From positions 32,984,001 to 33,048,000 of the forward strand of contig NC_083276.1 in assembly GCF_963506605.1 (NCBI RefSeq): a stretch of 64,000 nucleotides of DNA. Direction: 5' to 3'. The stretch is from Zootoca vivipara (taxonomy: Eukaryota). Each line of letters begins with the position of its first letter. The first letter of the stretch is position 1. Shown piece by piece: positions 55,687-64,000 of the stretch. The notes beneath the pieces are model-generated. The model was not told the DNA's origin. It worked only from the letters and a program-made list of their open reading frames with translations, and did not search any database. The position numbers and the translations under genes are program-made.

Positions 55687-57164
55687 ACATTTACATCACA
55701 GCAGCCTGTGCGATAGCTTGTTGGGTACTCTGGGGCCTGAACGCAGAAGCCCAAGGGCAGAGATCTACTGCAGATCTTGTATGCTTAGATCTCAAGGTTG
55801 TCACCAGGTGCAAGTGGGGATCAGTCAGGCCATCTGCCTTTGCTCAGATGGTGGAGCAGTCCCTTCTGCTTGTCGCAATTCAGCCACCAGCTTCCAGTTT
55901 GCCCAGCTCAAGCCACTGAACTCAGGGACCCCAAGCTAGAGAACATACCCTCCAGGGGTGGAAATCAGGTACGGCTGCCCACAAACTCAGCCTGGCCCTG
56001 CGGGAGTAGCTTAAGTTTTGACACTGACCTTTCAGAGTTCTCAGAATTATTTGTTTAGCAAAACAAAAACACACAGTATCTGATTAACAGAGATGACTCC
56101 TGGATAATACCACACTTCCTTTAGCTTGGACATGTAAGAGAACAGTGTGTACACTTTCTGTTTTACCTCATAACATGCTGAATGTGCTCCCATTCCAAGC
56201 TGGGAATTCCATCAATGTGTCTGATAGCATTGTTTCTTTTGGTCCTCCAAACACATCTAGAATCTCCTTCCAATTATTCTACTCATCAACTCCTACATGC
56301 GATAAGAATGTGGGGTGGGGATCTCCTCCCCTTATCCTCGTTCTGATTGGAGTTTTTCAGGTGGAAATTAAAGGCCTGTGAGAGATTACTTTCGTTTATC
56401 TTAAAAAGTGACATATCTGGAGACCTAACAGGATGTTGTGCTAGATTACCACAATGATTTTGCAGCTTCTGCAGAAGACACCAGGGATTTTCTTTTCTAG
56501 TCATAACAGTACATAGCTTCCTTTTTGCTGCGCTGCATTCCTCTTCAGTTACATATGCCTGATAAAATTATCATTTTTTGCCACGATTATCATCAACCCC
56601 AAATGTTGACTACCTGTACATGTTGTGTTGGGGGGGGGGAGTGCACACAGAAGTTAATCTTGGAATGTAGCCCCTTTGCCATGTGATTCGCTTCTTACAT
56701 TGTGTATTCATATAGTCCGGAATAGAGGTGTATCTAGGCTCCTTTGCACCCTCGGCAGAGGATCCTGCACACCTTGCCAGAGCAGCAGAACAGTGGCCCA
56801 GGGAGCACATGCCCAATTTAGAAAGAGTGGAAAAGGCGTGATTTTTGCACATACACCTGGGTTTGTGCCCTTGGCAGGTGCCAGCCTAACCAACCCCAAG
56901 GAATGTCTCTAGTCCTGATGCCCAAGGATCCAACTGCCAAAATGGAACAAAGGTGGGGGAACCACGCTGGCAGGGTATTTTTTGCACACGGGCATGTATG
57001 CAACCAATCTTCTTTTTTGGCTATCACTCGCAGCCAAGTAAGATTGCCTTCCATAAACACAGTGTTTGGGTTTGGGATGGGTTTTTGGAAGGCACCTGTG
57101 CGTGAATTTGTTTTATGTGTGTAGATCAGTGCACACTGACCAACGCACAGTCTCTGCAGTAAGG

Positions 57165-57423
57165 CTCTATTCCAATGGCATGAGTAATCATGATGACCAG
57201 TAGATTCTTATGTGCTGCAGCCTTCATAGCCATTGTAATATACTGCTTGTTATCTTCCGCCTGTTCTGCTGTTGAGGACTTTTTGGATCATTCTTTGTCT
57301 AGCTCCTCCCCTTTGACCTTACCGCCTTGGGTGACCCTGCTGGGAATACGAGTCTCCTGACGGCCTCGCTCACAAGGGTCACAGGAACATGCAAGCCCAT
57401 GCAACACAATAAGATGATGATTC
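57165..57423 (-). mobile_element. 5' UTR fragment of an RTE-clade LINE
   Basis: Reverse complement begins GAATCATCATCTTATTGTGTTGCATGGGCTTGC and contains GCAGGGTCACCCAAGGCGG, paralleling the BovB 5'UTR at 53135-53326. Confidence 0.55.
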
Positions 57424-58614
57424 AGCAAGTGAGTATGCAACCAATGACACAAACTGGCACATGTCTTGGATTTGCATTGACATACTGCATGTTTCTATAC
57501 TGGCTCACCATTGCTCCTCATATAAACTCTGAGCTTCTTCTCCCTACACCAGGGTTGAGCTGCAAGTTATCAGAAACTGTACTGAGTTCTCACTGCACCT
57601 TCTGCAACAGTACATGACAACAAGTAAATCCCTGCTTCCACCAGCCAATAACATAATAGTGACTTAGCCATAGATACGAAAACACCAGGAAAGATACATT
57701 ACAGGGTTAGGGAGAGTAATAGGAAGACCTTAGCATGGGCTGCCATTACGCCATGTTTTTGATAAGGCTTTTGTGCACCACCACAGCCTCAGTTAATACT
57801 CTGCCAGATGTAAAAGCTGTAAAATTTCTGTCAAAAGCTGGTAAGAAATCACCCTGTCAGACAACCACAAGCTGAACAAGCAATTCCCATGGCGATGGAT
57901 GTTTTAGTCCAAAGACTGCATGGAGCTAGAGGGACAGCATCCATTATGCAAAAAAGTGGCAACAAGAACTCTAGACACTCATGATTTTAAAAAGGTACCT
58001 CACCTCTGAGGTGCTTCTTTTTTTGCGCCCAATCACTAACTAAACTGATGTCATGAAGAGACCTTGAAGTCCTCCCATCCCAGTGGCTGCTTCTCATGAC
58101 AAATTTCACACTAAACTTTGATTGTATGCATGGGGATACCTGTTGGAAGTGGCAATGATCAGCACAGTGCGCAAGTGGGCTGTGCCTATCTGGAAACACC
58201 TCTCCAACTCTTGTCTTGCAGTCAATTCATTCTTCTCCTACAGGTCCTCATCCCTGGCATCCCTTTAACATTTTTCTGAACATTCTACTTAGAATGGGGG
58301 TCCTCTATAAAGAATGGCGTAAGCATTCTGTGCATGGATTCTAACATGCTGACCATGTCCAAGTTATCATATTTCAGCATAATAAGAGGGTATGAAAGAG
58401 CCTTATGGCAGCAAATGCAGCCCCTTTCCCTGCTTCCTACACACTAGGAAGGTAACAAACAAATCTTCACTTAACCAGAGTTTCTTGGTTAAGACAAAAT
58501 GAGAAACTATGGTCGATGGCTCCAGGAAAAGCCAGAACGTTAAACCATGATTTGAAGCGGTAAAATAGCTATTACACACACACACAGTTATTTAAGATAT
58601 AGAATGGTACTTAC

Positions 58615-58722
58615 AGTTTGAGATGGAGTGGCTTTGTTGTAAACTCTGCTAACATTGAGTCCATCAATCACAATATCAAAAGGGGGACATTGATTCACAA
58701 ATGTCTGAAATTCTTCAAGTTC
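58615..58722 (-). CDS. PRORP: PRORP (KIAA0391/MRPP3) internal exon, 108 nt (ELEEFQTFVNQCPPFDIVIDGLNVSRVYNKATPSQT)
   Basis: NYN-domain motif FDxVIDGLNV with first catalytic Asp; poly-T AAG acceptor, GTAAGT donor; phase 0-0. Confidence 0.93.
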
Positions 58723-59065
58723 CTTAAAAAAAAAGAAAGAGAGAGGGTAAAAAGTTGAAAGAAAAGCAACAATGAAACATTGTTTCATTATACCCTGCTA
58801 TTTTTGTTTTTTTCAACCAGGTTTTATATATATTCAATGAAAGAAAATAAATTGGTAACGGGCACAGAATTCAGCAACCAAGCTTTCTTTTATTGTTCTT
58901 TTTACTGTAGAGAAGTTTCTAGTCCTTATGTTTGCAATGATAAGCTTCAATGTATATGGGCAATATCTTATGAAGATTAAGAAGTCAGAAGTTGAAAACT
59001 TCTACAACCTGCATATTTATTTGCCACTCATCTAAGTCCATATAAAAAAACTGAAAATTAATGTA

Positions 59066-59222
59066 CAGTGGTACCTCGGTTTATGAACACAATTGGTTCC
59101 AGAAGTCTGTTCATAAACTGAAGCGAACTTTCCCATTGAAAGTAATGGAAAGTGAATTAATCCGTTCCAGACGGGTCCGTGGAGTACTCAACCTGAAGCG
59201 TACTTAACCCGAAGCATGGGTG
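59066..59222 (+). mobile_element. Left part of a Tc1/mariner (Tigger-like) MITE interrupted by the Gypsy element
   Basis: TA + CAGTGGTACCTC terminus; same family as 40420-40832. Confidence 0.8.
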
Positions 59223-59987
59223 TGTGACAAATTGAAGCACTTTTGAAATGTTTATTTCTGTCCGGCTGGCAAAGAGTTAACCCACCTTCAGCCTGACTGG
59301 CATAGAACTCTGATGGGGGCGGGACTGTGCCCGGTTTTAAAAAAGGAGGGAGAGTCGGTTTGGTCAGTTAGGAGGGAGAGGGAGGAAGGTGTGGTGTGGT
59401 GTTATGTGGTGGCTTGTATGAAGACAGTTAAGAGGCTAGGACAACTTAAAGTTAAATGTTTGACTGAGTTTATTTTGTACAACTGGAACAAAGCTAATTA
59501 ATAAATGACACGTTAAAGAATCACTTATGTTTTTAACACAATAAAACTTCATCTCTGTTTTTGCCAACAAGAGGTCCGTTTGTATTTTTCCAGCGAGGTA
59601 CCAGGACTCACAGCCGTGGTGACTCAAGAGAGGGCCAAACTCACCTCAGGCAGGGAGGTGGTGGTTTGTGTCCTGAAGTTACACGGAGGAGGCTTAGAAG
59701 GGTAACCTGAGGTGCCAAGAAGTTGCCAGAGTGCCTAGGGCAAACTTCTACAGTGGGGGAATCCAACTGAGGGAGACCCTTTACAGGAGGCAAGAGGTTA
59801 TTCCTGGGGGACAGCCTAGAGTTTCTTAAGGTACCAGGTCACGCAAGCTGGAAGGCTCTCCTTACTAAGAAACCCATCAGTAAAAGGGGTTGATTTTTGA
59901 GGCGGCAGGAGCAGAGGGTGGGTGTTTTCCCCTCTGGATTCCTGTGTCGCAGTGATAGTAGGAGAGAGTGGGACACGGGTCGTCACA
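59223..59987 (+). repeat. 5' LTR (765 bp, TGTGAC...GTCACA)
   Basis: Inverted terminal hexamers; internal AATAAA; followed by PBS; first 424 bp repeated at 63577-64000. Confidence 0.93.
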
Positions 59988-59991
59988 TTTT

Positions 59992-60002
59992 TGGTGGCAG
60001 CG
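59992..60002 (+). promoter_or_regulatory. Primer-binding site TGGTGGCAGCG
   Basis: 4 nt after the LTR end; complementary to the 3' end (CGCTGCCA-CCA) of vertebrate tRNA-Leu(AAG/TAG). Confidence 0.8.
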
Positions 60003-60071
60003 TCGTGATCGAAATTCAAAGCACACGCGCCTAGTTTGGTTTGAGTCTGTCAGGATTTTCCTGTGAGGAAA

Positions 60072-63000
60072 ATGACTCACGTAAGAAAACCCAGAGAGGC
60101 AAAAGGAGATGAAAGAACGGAAGGGGCTGAGGGAAGCCCAGGTTCTGAGGTAGAACTGATGAAACTACGAATTGAGATGGCCCGAATTGAAGCTGAGAGG
60201 GAAAAGATAGCAGCTGAAAGTGAGAGGGAAAAAGCCAGAATTGAAAGTGAGAGAGAAAAAGCCAGAATTGAAGCTGAGAGGGAAAAGATAGCAGCTGAAA
60301 GTGAGAGGGAAAAAGCCAGAATTGAAAGTGAGAGAGAAAAAGCCAGAATTGAAGCTGAGAGGGAAAAGATAGCATCTGAAAGTGAGAGGGAAAAAGCTAG
60401 AATTGAAGCTGAGGAGAGAATGCAGTCCGAGAGGTTAAGGGTTCAATTAGAACAGGACAGAATGAAGCTTGAGGAGATACGTTTGAGATCAGAATTAACT
60501 CGGAGTCCAGTTAACAATGATAGTATCGCAATTAATTTAAAAAGGTTCCCCAAATTTGGAAAAGACGATAATGTCGAATCGTTTCTATTTACCTTTGAAC
60601 GCGTTTGTGTGGAATTTCAAATACCTGAGGAGAACTGGATGCTTTATTTAAGACCTCAAATTTGTGGGATACTAAGTGAAATTTATGCTGACCTGAGGGA
60701 AGAAGAGCTGTCAAGTTACCAAGTATTTAAGCAAAGGGTCAGGGTTCGATGTGGACTCACGGCTGAACAAAGCATAAAGGCTTTTCGTGAGGCAAAAAAG
60801 GAACATAAAGAGACTTATGCCCAACTAGCTAGCCGCTTAGATAAATTACTTGACAGATGGATTCAAGGGAGTGGAGTGAAGGACTTTGATGAGTTAAAAC
60901 AATTAATTTGTTTAGAACAATTTTTTAAGCAAATCCCTAGCAATTTACGTTGGTTCTTGAGGGATAAAAAACTGAAAACTGTGGCACGGGTTGCTGAGGT
61001 CTTAGACGAACTACAAGGAGATTTCAATGAAATAGCATTCCCAAAACACTCACAGAAGGGTAATCCATGGAGAAACAGAGAAAATAAAGACAGGCAAGAA
61101 AATTTTCCTGTCAGGGAATCAGTTTCTGACAAGACAGGTTCTAAGAAAATCACTTGTTTTTTCTGTAATCGTGAGGGCCATGTACGTGCCAGGTGCCCCC
61201 TGCTGGTTAAGTCGCAAACTACACCTTCTGCAGCTAAACAAGTAAAACTGGTAATGCAGTCTCAGGAAAATAGCTCGCCTCAGACAGAAGACTCAGAGAA
61301 ATCAGACAGTCCAGCTGAGACTACTTCTAAGGTCTTACAGGTCTGGAGGGCTGAGCAGGAGTGCAACCAAGATTACATGGAGCCAATTGAATTAAATGGT
61401 CAGTCTTTTTTAGGTTTGAGGGACACAGGAGCAGAAGTCTCACTTGTCAAATCACAATTTGTTCCAAAGGAGCAGTACCTCAAGGGTCAGTCCTATAGTT
61501 TAAAAGGCATATGGGGCCCACATTTTGAAGTACCATTAGCTGAAGTTGATATTACCTACAAAGGATTTTGTGGCAAATGGAGAGTAGGAATCCTAAATGA
61601 ATTGGAGGTACCCTTTTTAATAGGGAATGACCTAGCTAGTCAGAAGCACCGTATTCAAGTGATAACTAGGTCACAGTCTCAAGTCACTGAGAGTAATCCT
61701 CCTGCAGTTATAGAGTCACCCATAGAGCCTGGTGAGGATGAAGGGCTGATTAGCGTGCCAGTGGTCCAGGAGCACGGTGCCCAATTCTTGAGTGATCAAA
61801 AAGAGGATGAAACTATAAAAGAGCTGTGGGGTAAAGCACAAAGTCCTACTGCAGAAGTAACTGTGGAGAACCCCTGCTTATTTACCACCATTGAGGGAAG
61901 ACTGTATAGAATTTCTAGGAGGAGGAAAACTGCTGCTGTTTGGGAAAGGAAGAAACAGTTAGTGTTGCCAAGAGCTTACCGGTTGCAAGTGCTACAAATG
62001 GCACACGACGCACCCTCAGCAGCGCATCTAGGCATTAGAAAGACTAGTGATAGAATCCAAGCAAGATTTTACTGGCCTGGGATGGGCAAAGACATCAAAG
62101 AGTATTGCAAGTCCTGTGTGATCTGCCAAAAAGCAGGCAAAAGAGCGGACAAAACGCGAGGCTTGTTACAGTCTATTCCTGTAATTACTGAGCCCTTTTC
62201 CAGAGTAGGAGTGGACATCCTCGGGCCTATCTCCAGAGTTACAAAAAGTGGGAATAAATTTATTTTATGCCTCGTGGATTATGCTACGCGCTATCCAGGA
62301 GCAATACCTCTGAAGGACATTGACTCAAAGACTGTAGCAAAAGCCCTCATGTCGGTGTTCTTAAGGCTTGGATTCCCCAAAGAAATTATAACAGATTTAG
62401 GGACATTCTTCACGTCCAAGACCATGGAAGAGCTTTTAACTCTTTGTGGGGTTAAGCATGTTAAAACTACGGCTTATCATCCGCAGTCGAATGGCTTGAC
62501 GGAGAAATTTAATTCGACCCTGAGCCGGATGCTAAAAACCTATTCCATCAATCATCCTAACGACTGGGATGAGAGGCTGCAACACTTCCTATTTGGTTAT
62601 CGCGAAGTGCCGCAGGAGAGCACAGGGTTCAGTCCTTTTGAACTCCTATTTGGACGACAGCCACGAGGACCCCTAGACTTGATGAAAGCAGCGTGGTCAG
62701 GGGAGGAGCAGATCGACAGCCCTGATGTTGTGACGTATCTACAGGAGCTGCAGAGCGACCTTCAAGAGCTACGGGAGCAAGCTGCTCACAACTTGCAGCA
62801 GGCACAGCGTCGACAGAAGCAGTGGTATGATGCACACGCAAGAGACAGATCTTTCCAGCCCGGTGACAGTGTGCTCGTGTTAAGAACAAGACTTCGAAAG
62901 AAGTTGGAGATGTCGTGGGACGGTCCCTTCAAAGTGGTCGAGAGGATATCAGCGGTGAACTATTTAGTAGAGTTAGATGGGGAAGGGGACCGATGTAAAA

Positions 63001-63263
63001 ACTTTCATGTAAATTTACTTAAGCCTTATTTTGACAGAAATAAGTTGGTGTTACAAGTAAAGGGGAAGGTGACCCAAGGGATTCATTTAACTGGGTGGGG
63101 AGAGCTGAGTAAGGGCACAACTCTAGCAGAGGTGTCATTCGATGAAAGTCTGACCCCAGAGCAAAAGGAGCAGTTAAAATTAGTCCTTGCTCAGTTTGCT
63201 CAGATCTTCTCAAACATCCCAGGGAGGACCAGCCTAGCAACTTATAAAATAGACACAGGGTAA
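60072..63263 (+). CDS. Gag(SCAN-like capsid, CCHC knuckle)-protease-integrase polyprotein, ~1063 aa from the ATG at 60072
   Basis: LEQFFKQIP SCAN-like motif; CFFCNREGHVRARC at 61155-61196; LRDTGA (Asp 61422); HHCC; D(62214)-D(62394)-35-E(62502); WDGPFKV; ends in the pre-RT linker IFSNIPGRT..IDTG*. Confidence 0.93.
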   Translation: MTHVRKPREAKGDERTEGAEGSPGSEVELMKLRIEMARIEAEREKIAAESEREKARIESEREKARIEAEREKIAAESEREKARIESEREKARIEAEREKIASESEREKARIEAEERMQSERLRVQLEQDRMKLEEIRLRSELTRSPVNNDSIAINLKRFPKFGKDDNVESFLFTFERVCVEFQIPEENWMLYLRPQICGILSEIYADLREEELSSYQVFKQRVRVRCGLTAEQSIKAFREAKKEHKETYAQLASRLDKLLDRWIQGSGVKDFDELKQLICLEQFFKQIPSNLRWFLRDKKLKTVARVAEVLDELQGDFNEIAFPKHSQKGNPWRNRENKDRQENFPVRESVSDKTGSKKITCFFCNREGHVRARCPLLVKSQTTPSAAKQVKLVMQSQENSSPQTEDSEKSDSPAETTSKVLQVWRAEQECNQDYMEPIELNGQSFLGLRDTGAEVSLVKSQFVPKEQYLKGQSYSLKGIWGPHFEVPLAEVDITYKGFCGKWRVGILNELEVPFLIGNDLASQKHRIQVITRSQSQVTESNPPAVIESPIEPGEDEGLISVPVVQEHGAQFLSDQKEDETIKELWGKAQSPTAEVTVENPCLFTTIEGRLYRISRRRKTAAVWERKKQLVLPRAYRLQVLQMAHDAPSAAHLGIRKTSDRIQARFYWPGMGKDIKEYCKSCVICQKAGKRADKTRGLLQSIPVITEPFSRVGVDILGPISRVTKSGNKFILCLVDYATRYPGAIPLKDIDSKTVAKALMSVFLRLGFPKEIITDLGTFFTSKTMEELLTLCGVKHVKTTAYHPQSNGLTEKFNSTLSRMLKTYSINHPNDWDERLQHFLFGYREVPQESTGFSPFELLFGRQPRGPLDLMKAAWSGEEQIDSPDVVTYLQELQSDLQELREQAAHNLQQAQRRQKQWYDAHARDRSFQPGDSVLVLRTRLRKKLEMSWDGPFKVVERISAVNYLVELDGEGDRCKNFHVNLLKPYFDRNKLVLQVKGKVTQGIHLTGWGELSKGTTLAEVSFDESLTPEQKEQLKLVLAQFAQIFSNIPGRTSLATYKIDTG

Positions 63264-63309
63264 GCACATAAGTGGGAAGGAAAACATCATAGCGGACGCT
63301 TTGTCTAGG
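63262..63309 (+). pseudogene. Out-of-frame RNase H C-terminal remnant KHISGKENIIADALSR
   Basis: The +1 frame at the ORF stop encodes the Gypsy RNase H terminal motif HxxGxxNxxADALSR. Confidence 0.85.
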
Positions 63310-63576
63310 TATATTTTTGAGAGGTATAGAATGGTGCAAAGTATTATATGAAACGGTGGTAACCCTAGCAAAACATTTGTGCTTAGGCGTTATAATCTAA
63401 CACATGTCAAACATGGTTTATTTGTGTACAAGTTTATGAGATGTTAATTTAGTTGACTTTGTAATATGAGTGTTATAGAATGCATTGAAGGATTTATAAC
63501 CCCAAGCCCATTGCTTTGGCATTGCTCTAGTTAGTTAAGAGCAAGCCGACGCAATGTCTTTGTGGTGGGGGAGATA

Positions 63577-64000
63577 TGTGACAAATTGAAGCACTTTTGA
63601 AATGTTTATTTCTGTCCGGCTGGCAAAGAGTTAACCCACCTTCAGCCTGACTGGCATAGAACTCTGATGGGGGCGGGACTGTGCCCGGTTTTAAAAAAGG
63701 AGGGAGAGTCGGTTTGGTCAGTTAGGAGGGAGAGGGAGGAAGGTGTGGTGTGGTGTTATGTGGTGGCTTGTATGAAGACAGTTAAGAGGCTAGGACAACT
63801 TAAAGTTAAATGTTTGACTGAGTTTATTTTGTACAACTGGAACAAAGCTAATTAATAAATGACACGTTAAAGAATCACTTATGTTTTTAACACAATAAAA
63901 CTTCATCTCTGTTTTTGCCAACAAGAGGTCCGTTTGTATTTTTCCAGCGAGGTACCAGGACTCACAGCCGTGGTGACTCAAGAGAGGGCCAAACTCACCT
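63577..64000 (+). repeat. 3' LTR (partial), preceded by PPT-like GGTGGGGGAGATA
   Basis: No mismatch seen by eye versus 59223-59646; duplicated ORF-track translations are identical. Confidence 0.95.

Larger units (their letters stand above)
59223..64000 (+). mobile_element. Gmr1-like Ty3/Gypsy LTR retrotransposon, internally deleted (no RT/RNase H); 3' LTR runs off the window
   Basis: 5' LTR, tRNA-Leu PBS, single Gag-PR-IN ORF, RNase H stub, PPT, second LTR at offset 4354. Confidence 0.95.

Noticed and set aside
60031-63339. Minus-strand ORFs within the Gypsy element
   Set aside because: Shadows of the polyprotein and its tandem repeat

Overview
Vertebrate (squamate reptile, probably lacertid lizard; inferred from its SINE/LINE families) genomic DNA. 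Two protein-coding genes lie on the minus strand. PSMA6 (proteasome alpha-6) is complete: 7 exons, 741 nt CDS, 246 aa, 25774->17721. Immediately upstream are the last four coding exons of PRORP/KIAA0391 (mitochondrial RNase P catalytic subunit; 58722->27111, including a 28.4 kb intron); its 5' exons lie beyond the right edge. The rest is intronic/intergenic DNA rich in transposons: Sauria and Squam-type SINEs, RTE-BovB, CR1, Penelope scraps, hAT and Tc1/mariner MITEs. The most notable object is a very young Gmr1-like Gypsy LTR element (59223->window end). Its LTRs look identical, its Gag(SCAN)-protease-integrase ORF is unbroken, and RT/RNase H has been deleted, leaving only the RNase H C-terminal stub out of frame. 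Other leads: a twin-primed BovB 5'UTR/3'-tail insertion, two candidate poison exons in PRORP (one overlapped by a 92-bp inverted duplication), and composite NF-kB/STAT/AP-1/ETS motif clusters. All calls were made by eye without database searches; TE family names come from recalled consensus features.
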